From Trichoplax adhaerens (taxonomy: Eukaryota; Animalia; Placozoa), in contig NW_002060943.1 in the NCBI RefSeq assembly GCF_000150275.1, positions 7,184,299 through 7,248,298 of the forward strand: DNA of 64,000 bases, read 5' to 3'. A program made the translations under genes and the position numbers. Positions 19,257 to 31,110 of the stretch are shown here, piece after piece (positions within the stretch are counted from its first letter, which is position 1; every line of letters begins with the position of its first letter). The notes under the pieces are model-generated. The model had not been told where the DNA came from and did no database searches. It was given only the letters and a program-made list of their open reading frames with translations.

Positions 19257-21012
19257 CTCTGCTCTATGTCTATCAATTGATGCAAAGGGATAAATGAACT
19301 CTAATTCAATCTGAAAAGGCTTCTAGAAGGAATTGTTTCCTTTTGGTAGACTGGTAATTGCTTCTTTCCCAAACTAACTGCCAGTATGTTGAAAATTTCG
19401 CCTTGAATAATAACACCAAGCTGGAGGAGGTGCTTGAATAAGGTGATGGACTCTTTCCGGTGTTTATGTAAAAAGAGCTGGATACTCGTACGATACTGTA
19501 TCGAGCTCGTACCATGTTCTGTACTGTACCGTACAATACCGTACAGTACCGTACAGTATGTAGAAGAATTACAGTAGTCAAACCAGAGTACAATGTACTC
19601 CTCGGTCTACTGTACAGCATTGGAACTGCACTCGGTAAGCACGACTAGCCCACGATACTGTAGGGCAAAAGGTTAATTGGAATCGGCTTTAAGAAGGCAA
19701 GCATGCGTACCGCTAGGCAAACCTCATTAGTTTAAGTCAGAGGCAGCGGCCAAATGGCTAATGCCGATGAAGTAATTATATCATTTTCCTTAAATGAGGT
19801 ACTGTTAACGTACCGATGATTACACAACCTTTTGGATTAAGTACAGGTACTACAATAAAAACAATCAATTTGATTGGATTTAGGTTGATGATGACTAACA
19901 CTGCGCAAAATACGATGGTATTGCAGACAGCAGAGTCGGAGAAGCGAAACGTCTTGTTTTGCTAAATCTTCCATTTGCTATGTGATACCGGATATGATAA
20001 AACAAGGTGTTTTCTGAAGCTGATAGTTTTATGTCGTTTAATCCAACCGTTGACACAGCATGATACTGTACAGTATTTGGATACGTACTACTGCGTACTC
20101 TACGTAGAAATAGAAGCTACAGAAGTGTAGGGCAACAACTGCCACATTAACAATGACTTTATTTATCTAAACATACGCGTACGTCATAACTAAAATCGTC
20201 TGCTAGCAAGAGGTATTGATTGTACTCGTATATTTTACTCTCGCATTTCATCAATTAGCTGCATAGTCTGGTCATACGCATTATTTTCAGTATTACAATA
20301 CATGTAGAGTCCGAAACTCTTTTACTAGTTCATAATTTGATTGCACTAATACTACTTCATAACGATTGTGGCCACTTAGGGAAATCAGTATTTGAGAAAC
20401 ATTTCATGATATCGTTGTTTACCAAATACTGTGTACTCATAAGTGTTTGTGTAAGCGAATTATAAATAGCACAATTTTGGGATACATAACTGTTCATGAA
20501 CTTTTAGAATGGAATCAATATACACTAGCAAATAGAGAAGATTACTCGCAATGAACGCAACTCTACCAATCAAGCTCTTCTACATTATTATGCTATATGA
20601 CTGTAGTAAATCTATGACGATGCTTGCAGATGAGATTAGAGCTAAATAAAACAATCGATGTACGCTAGCGTATTTCAGGTTATGAATATATTAAATAGAC
20701 TTCATGTTAGAAATATACGACAAGAAAGTTATTATTTTGAAAACTTTACTAACATTACTACACTGATACATAGTCAATAAGCATGTCGTGCAAATGAAAT
20801 AGTACCCATTTGATATTCTGTAATGGCTGTGAAGCCTGTGATATGCCATGCAGTGTATACTGTAAAAGTCGGTTCCTTGGTAATAGACATGAGATAGACT
20901 GCATAAATACAAGACATAATAACAATAAAATTTTAACTCTTTAATAAAGCCTCTATAAAACCTTATATAGTAAAGTAGAGCAGCACCAAGGGTTGTTCCA
21001 TGAGATCGTATC

Positions 21013-21071
21013 GATTTTTCAGTCACACCGCAATTTATATCGTACTGATTTTTCAGTCACACCACAATTTA
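21013..21071. repeat. Short direct duplication, 34 bp period
   Basis: GATTTTTCAGTCACACCRCAATTTA occurs twice. Confidence 0.8.
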
Positions 21072-21447
21072 CAAATAATAGCAATAGCAATGGGTGACTT
21101 GTTTTAACTTCATATACAGTAGTACAATTTAGTAAATGCATTAATTTACGATTAGATTAACATAAAATCATGCCATAGTGTACGCCATAGTTCAAAATAT
21201 CCTGCAGGAACCTACAGTTACGGGTTGTACTGATGCACCAAACCATGCAGAGGTACACTTTTTACAGAACATAGCTTTTACTGTATATATTTATGATACT
21301 TGTAACACTAAATATGCAATCACTAAATAGTATAGGAGCCACATAGTAAAATAGGGTGTATGAACTTGAATGTTGTAAATAGATTCGTAAATTGTAGTCT
21401 TTAGCATAGTATTATGTGATTCATCAAATATAAATATTTAAAGATAC

Positions 21448-23544
21448 TTACACTGTACAATGCACATCTGCAATAAGGTGATCGATATGAGGTGCATAGC
21501 GTTTAACATGTGTTACACTTTTACAGGTCGCTTTCCATCCAGATTTATCGCTATGCATTTGATTAAGTATTAATTCTAACTCTGAAGCTACTTCCTCACC
21601 CCATTGCTGCCAAAACTGCTTCCTCTCAGATTGCACTACCTTGTAAGTATTTACATTGCCATGAACATGCAACCAACCACCGCGATCCGGTCTCAATGCA
21701 GCGCACGCAATATGCCATCCGGGGCGACTTGTAGGCAACAAGCCCAGATTCACACGATCGGCTATAAATTTGGGGGCATGCTAATAATTAAAAATATAAT
21801 AGTGACTACATTGTCGTAGTATATATCAGTTTATGCATGCTGCACTAAATGATGCGTAAGTGAGCAAAAGAAAAGGTTATAGTTACCTGCCGGTTGTCTC
21901 CGAAGTAGACAGTACATTTTTCTCTTACTTTATTTAAAATTAAAGATTTTTCTAATGCTTCAACAGCATGTGGGTTCCATTCACAAGCATGTACAAACTT
22001 TGCTTTAGCATGAATTAAGTACGGCAATACAAAATAACCAATGCCGGCATATAAATCGACTATAATCTCCTCGCTACAGTCAAAATTAGAAATTCTGATC
22101 TTTTCCGTAATATTGCCAGGAGAAAACATACACTAGATGTACAGCACATCAATAAATTAAAATAACAAATTGTCAATATTGCACAGTAAGTAAAAGACTG
22201 GTAAATTGATACCCAACTCTATATTCAAAATACTTATAATTGACTATTATTGTTACTACCTTGGTAATATCAAAGGTGTATTTTATCCCATTATCCATGT
22301 GTGTTACCCAACTGCAATCACCAAGTAACATTTCGACGTTTGGAGTACGATGATTATCGTTTAGAATAGCCGAATTTTTAGCCAAACGCTTTGCTCCTAT
22401 CAATAAAACTTAGTACGATCAATATAAATGTAATTTTTCCAGATCTTTGTAAAGTAAAATCGGTAATTCACTAAAAACTCTGTCATAACAATTACAACTA
22501 ATGTAGCGTTACTTGATACCTAGTGTTGAACATACTAGATGCCATAATTCATCTCCTAAAGCTAGCCATTCTTGAGCTGTGAACGAATTGGCAGGTAAGA
22601 CGATCATATCGCCGTGCTTAATCCAATGATTAGGTATCTGAGCAGCTAAATTTGCAGTTAAGGGAATGCCAGTGGATTTCTCATATAGAACAGCAACAGA
22701 TTGATGTAATGGTTGGGATATTTTATCCAATTTATATTTCCTTGCTTGTAGAGACCTCATTGGTATTTGAACAGTTCGATAAGATAAACATAATTTATTT
22801 AGATCGAGCATCTGGCATTGAGATAACGTGCAATTATTACAAAGTGGCAGCGCTACCAAGTTGCCATTCATTTTCTTGACTTTATATTCGTCGTGCAGTA
22901 GGGCTTGTTGTTTTAGCCAGGCTCTAGTGTAAAGCAGTAAAACTTATTAGTTTGCAATAATTGATGGGCTATATACAGAAGTTTATACATAACATGTTTT
23001 TATTATAAGTACACACTCATCGTAAGAGAATCTCAATAGAAATGTAACAAACAGTTCTTTAATGTATTTAAGTCAACTACAAAGAAAAGTATTATTTATC
23101 CCGGCCATTATTGTATCCTCCATAATCTATCCATCTATCTACGATGAATGCTCGGTGAAAGGCTTCATTGCAGGCCGACAGGCTGATACTTTGCATTTAA
23201 GCGACTATTTCGATACCTACATTACCTTCAAACTAATGCTTTTGAGTAGAGTATCATGTATGTGTTCTATTCAAATATTGGACTAATGGATTCATTCCCA
23301 AATTTCAGGCTGGCTATGGTTTAGCAATTATTGCGAACGTTGCATACTATACCATTTTATTTTGTTGCCATACAAAATAAGCAATTGCAAGCAGGCCTAG
23401 AGTGATTGATTGCTTGTCTTATTCAGAATGTAACCATCCTTTGATAGTTGTACTAATGACTTACTTTACTGCTTGTGTTTCAGCTGTAGTTACTTCGATA
23501 CATTGAAGGAGTTGACCAGTCGCCTTAGCTTCCTTGTCTTCCAT
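21448..23544 (-). CDS. TRMT12: tRNA wybutosine-synthesizing protein 2 (TYW2), 5 exons
   Basis: Exon 1 MEDKEAK...QAVK|gtaagt splices to AWLKQQALL...KMNGNLVALP. Then WIKHGDMIVLP, DNGIKYTFDITK, MFSPGNITEK, the SAM motif DLYAGIGYF, CEWNPHA, NLGLLPTS, GGWLHVH and YAPHIDH. Confidence 0.93.
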
Positions 23545-24364
23545 TCGCTCTATTTTGATTCAATGCTCGATGTGTCCAAGGTTAGATTTCAGTCACAGCT
23601 TGTAGAGGATTATTGAGGGAAATTAATGGCATATCGTTGTATTGTCTGGTAAAAGAATTGCAGCATACCATGATATGCAATGCTTGTTTTGAAGCAGAAA
23701 ATTCTTGGAGTATTTGAGGTCAGGATGGAATAGAATTTCAATCAGAAGAGGAATTCCTCGCCATCATTGAGGTCGTTGCCATGATTATACTGGGTTTCTT
23801 ATTCATTACAATAATTTGTACAATACTACCAGGGCACCGATGGGAACCGTTACGGAACGGTACAGAACGTTACCGTACTCTATTACCGTAACTTCAAATT
23901 GGGGGGCTGTTCGTAACGCCAAGAAATGACGTGATGTACAGTACTGTACAGTCTATCTACTGACGTAATAGGCTGATCTAATGAAGCCTACTACACTGGA
24001 ACATCCGTGTCCGGTGTATCGTACTGTAGAGAGTCACCCTGATCGGAGTGACGATGCTGACAGAAATGAAGTCAGCCTTGCTTCACACTATGTACCGTCA
24101 ACTACGTGTGGGGCTCGCAAGATTTGAGCACAGCATCGACCGACAGCGACAGTAGGGGGAAATCGCCAAGATGGCCTCTATGTCGCAATGATCACCTTGT
24201 TATACTGTATATATCAAGTTGTTCAATTGTAGAATGAATTTAAATGATGATGCTGCTAGTTAAGAATCCAAATCCAAGTTATTTTCATTAAATAGAATTC
24301 AAAGTTTCATTCAATTTTGATTTTTGCTGTTGCCTATCATACGTTCCACCTATCCTTGCTCAAA
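23545..24364. promoter_or_regulatory. Bidirectional promoter region TRMT12/TGFBRAP1
   Basis: Divergent ATGs are 820 bp apart. It contains TGACGTGA (23927-23934), TGACGTAA (23961-23968), a YY1-like CAAGATGGC near 24167-24175, and a TACAGTACTGTA cluster near 23937-23948. Confidence 0.55.
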
Positions 24365-27300
24365 ATGGCTACTCAAATGTTCGACCTTATCCCAGTACTT
24401 CAGGATCTTAAAATTTTAGGAGATAAATTCAAGACATGGGTAAGTCGTCTTTGAAAAAGTTGACCTTGAATGAGAGAGAAAACACTCTCTTCTTTTCTGA
24501 AATAACTTTGCACGATCAATGTTGTTACTGATGGGATAGTCATCCTGCAAAATCAAACCAATCTTTGTCTATCGATGATACTCTATGATACCAACTATCG
24601 TAGTATAGATACACGCTCTGTCGATTACATTGGACATTGACAGTTGTCGATAGTAAGTAATAATCAGTACCAATCATATAGCTTATGCTACATTCAGTGT
24701 AAGGTAATGGAAGCATTGCAATGCGTCGGATCGACTTCCTAGTTCTAGTATTGCCGTGATGTTTTAGAGCGAACCTCGATAAACTAAATTGGACAAACTT
24801 GATCTACCTCAGCTATTATTGATGTTCCACTTGATGCCATTTCACGGTCATGGATACGTCTAGAGTTCATTATAGTATACTTTTAATGAATTTACATGAT
24901 ACGTAGTCGTAAGGTAAGTCAAACAACTAAGTACTGTATTAATGCTAGCAACAACTAGATGAGCTCTAGCTACAATAAACAATTGACCGAATTAGGCGTG
25001 CTCGAAACATACGCGTATAGCAATCATATCGCATCCCTACAAGAATGGATTCCTTCGTAGTTGTCTACGCAGATAGTTGAAAATCACCCTGTTTACGATA
25101 TCTGCATACTATATTAGAAATGCAAAGACGTGCTCTATTTCATTCCTGCACAGGAGAATACCCGAAGTTGGAAAATTGTTTTGACACAGCTTTGACATGG
25201 TTTATTTGGCATGCACTTGCTTTTGCATTATCACAACACTTGCACGATCGTAATTTTGGCCTTGTACAGTAAATTGTAAATATAAACCATCAGCTTTCTA
25301 CACTCCGTTTAACGTACAAATTAAAAGCTATCAAATACACTAAAATCGAATAGTATGGTGATCCATAGCTAAACAGTGAGTATTGCGTGAAAAAAATTCC
25401 ACTGATCTATTGCTTTCGCATTATTCGTCTATAGATTGAATGCATGGACTGTGCTGGGCAGAATATTTATGTTGGAACTACTGATGGGTAATAATTTTGT
25501 CTTAATTTCATGGTCTACCTACTATTATTAATGTAAAAATAGTATAATATATTTCTAAAAGACTCTACTTTCAAGGTGATTGATCATATTTTTCTGAGCT
25601 TAAATTGAAGATAGCTCACTATAAAATGTTACTGATGCTATGATTTAGGTGTGTCCATTACTATATGATGGGCATTAGCGGAGATTCAAGTGGATTTAGT
25701 TACCAAAGTCGATTGCAACAGCAAAGAATTATTGGAGTAAGCTTTTGTCATAATGCATGACATAACTCAGTGTGTACTGTACAGTACTAGTCGCTAATCA
25801 ATGCTTACAACATTTAGAATTGAGCATTTCAGTATCGATCTGTTTTTCAATGAAACGGTCTCATTTATTATTAGAAAAAGCCAATAACCCAGATAATGAC
25901 AGCTCCGCAGATCAACGTACTTTTTGTACTATCAGATGGTAAGGAATAACACCATTTCATATTCCGCTTATGCAGTACTCAAAATTAGAATTAATAAAGT
26001 CAATTTTCATCGTATTTTCCGTAGGTTATATCACTGCACTAAATATGTTCAGCTTAGAGGTTGTATTACTATTTAAATAAAGTTCGAATTAATCCCATCA
26101 TTAATCTGATACATAATAGAGCTAAATTGAAAATTATTTCATTTAATTATCCAATATATAGGTTATAACTAATTATATAAGAGAGAAAATAAAAGGAGTA
26201 AGTTATGAGAAAGCAGCTTCGACTTAGTACACAATATCGATATTATCATCAAAAATTATTTTTAGGCATAAATATAACTTTTTGTAAGGAGCTGTATTTT
26301 TAAGATTTTATTCTTAACTTTAATCTATAGGTTACCTTGATGTGTACGAATGAAACGCCGATGAGCAAAAATCCTTCCTGTGTAGAGGTAAATTTCGTTT
26401 CTTAAGAGCATTGATACTAGCCATTGTGACGATCTGATATTTCATGCCATATTTCGGTAATGACCTATACGGCAGGTTTGCATTGCACGAAAGAAATCAA
26501 TTCAGATGTACATTGCTACTAGCGATCGAATTGTATCTAGTACAGAAATTTCTTTATATGATCCTCCTTTGAGCATGGTAAGAAATATCCATTAGCTGGA
26601 AATGATCTTGTCATAAAACTAACTATTACTAATTGCGATGATTGAAAAAGTAAGTCAGTTATGCTAAATTTGATTTGATAACGAATTGATTTTCTAGGCA
26701 ATGGATGGTGAATTTGTGTGTCTTGCATCATCATTCCAATACGTTTTGATCAATGTTAATAATGGAAAGGTATGCTGATCCAGATTTGTAATAAATTTTA
26801 AAATATTAACAAATGTTGATGATATAATTAACATCCAAGAAAATATTTCATGTTCTACTTCAGACCCAAAATTTATTTCCAATCGTTGTAGAAGAAACTC
26901 GACCAATTGTAAAACGAATCTCTCAGGTATCCTACTGGCTACTGCTGTATTCATTAAAAACATAAAGATTTGCCATGTTCTATTTCAGTATTTATCTCGC
27001 TAAAACTATAGTACCAATAATTTCTGATGTTTCAATATAGGGTGAATTCTTTGTTAACGGACCCAGTGCGCTAGGCATGTTCGTTACAACAACAGGCGAG
27101 TCTGCTAGGGCTCCGATATCACTTACCGATATGATTCAGTCTGTTGCCTATCAGCACCCATACCTCGCTTTTCTATCTCGGTCCAAGATCGTTGTTTACA
27201 GGTTACTATCCACTTTTTTTTGATTTTGATAGCTTCATTAGCATTAAATGATCAGTATTTGACTAACATTGTGACTCCATCACACAATTTTGTATAGTAT

Positions 27301-30300
27301 TTTTGATCAAAAACAAAAACAAGTGGTAAATTTTAAGGTATGTATGCCGTAGCTAGAATATCTTTTCTATCCCATACGGTATGTACAAGTAAATTTTCTT
27401 CTAAATATTAAGTTTTCTTGCTCTTGTACCCATAGCGTGGACTGTTTGTATGTAGCTGTGATAAAAAGATATTTGTGCCTACAACGAAAGATATTCACAT
27501 GCTTTGTCCAATTCCAATTCACCAGCAGGTACAAGCATTGAGACATCATAGTTGATTGTATAATATTTAAGATGCGAGTTAAGATTTATACACTATTCTT
27601 AAATGTTTGTGTTTCCCATAAACTATTTTGCGGAAATTTTTCTCTCTTTAAGAATCTATTTTATTAAATAATAAAAATTGATATAAATTAATGCTAATTA
27701 TAGATAAAAGGATTACTGAAAGAAGGTAAGATGGATGAAGCGATTAAATTAGCTGATGCTGGAGTTCATATTCATGAATTAACTGCCCTTCAACACAAAA
27801 AGGTATAACTACTAATCAAGCATCTTAATAATAAACTATGTTCAAGAGTGCTTATTGTTTGCGCAATTAATATCTCATTAAAAATTTCGTATGCTTAACT
27901 ACGAACTTTTCTCACAGATGATTACCTATATACACAAATTTGCTGGATTTTCTCATCTTCAAGCTTGCGAATTTGATAAAGCTATTCATGAATTCGATCA
28001 AGCTGAAGATCTCGATTTTCGACATGTACATATATATATGTATATATACTTATGCATAAGTTTACCAATATGTAAACTTCACCCGCTCTTATAAAATAAC
28101 CGCTATCTATAATTTAAATTTTATCCAGATAATTAGTTTGTATCCGTCACTTCTCTTGGACAGTTGTCAGGTCTCTTTTCCAGATGATGTTAATGAATTT
28201 TATCGAAATATACTATTAGTTGGTAAGTTAGGATTATTCATTTTTGTATTTACTTTTCTTAACTTGTTATCGAAATATTCGTGTTATCTTTATAGTGAAC
28301 GATGATACGAATGAATTGCAGAATGCCATGCATGCTCTCCTCAAATATCTCGTTAGTTGACATGCTTATTTTTTAGAAATACACTGTGCGAATACTTTAT
28401 CAATCTTGAAATATTTCATTCTATATAGAAAAATATTAGGAACAAAGTGATAGCTTATCGAAAGGTGACTAAATTTTATTACGGTTATTATATCATCGAC
28501 TAAATTTTAATTCAAAGTTGTTATATTTATCAGGAGTTGGATACTAGCTTATTAAAGCTATATATTGAACTCTGTCAATTTGACGAACTAATTGAATTTT
28601 TAAGCTACGATAACGATTGTGACTTGAATGAAAGCATTGCAACGTTAGCTGAGAACGAGGTATCAAGTATTACTGTAAATAATTGCTTAGTATCTTACTT
28701 ATTTTGCATACTACATTATACGTGTAATACGTATCTTATGCATGATAAAAAAACGCATAATTTTCATTATCATGTCTTAAAAATTGTTAACATACTTATT
28801 AATTACAAATTAAATTTAAATTTGTATAGAGGTATCATGCTCTAGCAATTTTATACGGCAATTATGGTAGTATCGCGGAATCTCTGGAGTTATTAATAAA
28901 GTATGTTATTAGCTTAGCAGTGGTTTTTTTGTGTTGATTATTTTAGTGTATTTGGGTGCTTTACTGATCTACTCTCATTTATAGGCTTGCAAGCAAAGAA
29001 ATCGACGACTTTACAAAACCTAGTTTAAGATACATAGCCGAAGTTATTAGTAGGTAGGTAATGAATGCAGATCAAACCGTCTGGTGACCTTCTCATTGCC
29101 GTTATATTGTCTATAATTACGCCAATTACTTATATAAATTTAATTTTTAATAACAATTACTCAGGACTACGGATACTAGCTTGATCTGGAAGTACACAAC
29201 ATGGTTATTGGATCACGATCAGATAGCTGGCATAGAGGTATATTAAGTATGGTGTACATACACTTAGTTAGGGCCATTCTTGAAATCGTACAATTGGACT
29301 TTTATTACATGATCTCTGATTTCATAAATATTGTGTTAATGGCAGGTTTTCACTAAGTATCACCTCATGGATGAATCTGTAGAACTTCTGAAAGCAAGTT
29401 ATATTTTAGACAAAGTAGAAAAATATCCTGTAGCACTGCGTCAATTCCTAGAGTACTTAGTCTTTGAATTTCAAATTCAGGTAATGAAAAATTGATAATT
29501 TGATCAGCCATACAGTACGGTATATATACGCCAAGTAGTACGGGTATTTCTATCAGTATACTGATTGTTATGCCAAATACAGGAAACGGTAATTATTCAA
29601 TTCTTTCTGTATGTTTCTACAGAAGGAACAATATCATACGAAGTTGGGCATCATTTATATAGAATTAATACTTTCTCTGATGAAGAATGCTCCTAAGAGC
29701 GACAGCAATTTAGCGGAGGAGAGGTATATCTGTCAGTACATACATTTTAAATTCATTGATCTACAAGATACAAAATTATGACTACTCTTTAAAATTTTAT
29801 CTTTTAAACCATAGAGATTCCTTACGAAAGTTACTAGAAGAATCTTCACTATTTCGTGCACAATTACTCTTGTCTCGAATACAAAATACAGATTTATTTT
29901 CGGAACAAGCACTTCTATATGGACGAGTAAGCATTGCATAAAATGTATAATTTTACCAATCACTTTTAATTTATCCGTTACGATATTTTGCTTGTGAGCA
30001 CCCTAATGTCGAAAAATAGATAATTTATACCTTTATATCTTACATTACCTATAGATGGGACTCCATGATAAGGCTCTAGATATCATTGTAAACAGACTAC
30101 TAGACCACTCTGCCGCCAGGCATTACTGTGCTACCTTTGCAAAGGTATTTTATCCTTTCCACTTTTTCCAGTTGTTAATATATATCAGTTCGTTTATTTG
30201 TACTTAATATAGGGCAAAAATTCAACAGAAAGAAAGAAAATATATTTTTCGCTATTATCAGTATACTTGACTTCTAGGTCAGCCTATCTGCTTAGATTTT

Positions 30301-31110
30301 GTCATATTCTGTGTATTTGTTTAGTGCAAATATAAATATAAATTATAAAATGTAATTATTATTTAGATGCATGGAAGCATTCTTGTGAGTCATATAAGTA
30401 AAAACTAACTTAAATACTTTTATACGATTTCAGAAATGTAGATACAAATATTGTCCCTGCTTTGGAATTGCTTAACGATCATGAGTCTATTATTGATCCT
30501 ATACAGGTTCATAGTAGTTTAGATTGTCTATATAATGAAGTGACAACATGTCAACCTTAACTTTGCTAATTGATATATTAAAACTGATTTTATAGGCTTT
30601 ACAGCTAATACCTGAAGATTGGTCTATAGGTGCCATATGTAAATTTTTGAAATACTCGGTTCGTTCAAGCATGAATTCTGCAAGGATGCTTAAAGTTGAG
30701 CGCGGATTATCATATGTAGAAAATGTACAGGTATCTTGATAAATACGCAGATGAATCTCTAATGCCTTAACATACAACAGTATTTCGTACTTTATGAATT
30801 AACCTGGCATTCTTTAATTGCTTTGAAATTTTTTAGACAAAGCATGCTTACCGTAGTACCGTAAATCTTACAGCTGTAAAGATCACGGATGATAGGTACA
30901 GTATTAGAATAGTATAATGTAAATGATATCGTTCTGGGGGTTAAATGGAAATTTTTGTTTTATTTCAGAATATGTCAGGTATGCAATAGACCAATTGGTG
31001 AGTCTAAATTTGTGAGATATCCCAATGGTGTTATTGCGCATTTATCCTGTTCAAGAAGTAAAAATATTTGTCCCGTTACGGGAAAAAATTTTTGTAAGGA
31101 GGAAATGTGA
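24365..31110 (+). CDS. TGFBRAP1: TGF-beta receptor-associated protein 1 / Vps3 (CORVET subunit; CNH + clathrin-repeat + Vps39_2 domains), >25 short exons
   Basis: Exon 1 MATQMFDLIPV...GDKFKTW joins IECMDCAGQNIYVGTTDG (the TRAP1-type N-terminus). Also EFLVNGPSALGMFV, VDTSLLKLY, YHTKLG and EQALLYGR. The C-terminus is CQVCNRPIGESKFVRYPNGVIAHLSCSRSKNICPVTG...* (TGA 31108-31110). Confidence 0.9.

Noticed and set aside
24033-24138. tRNA gene (cloverleaf-like hairpins)
   Set aside because: There is no T-loop GTTCRA, no D-loop A box, and the arm lengths are wrong.
26927-27040. U12-type intron in TGFBRAP1 (donor GTATCCTAC)
   Set aside because: It only partly matches RTATCCTTT and has no TCCTTAAC-like branch point near the acceptor.
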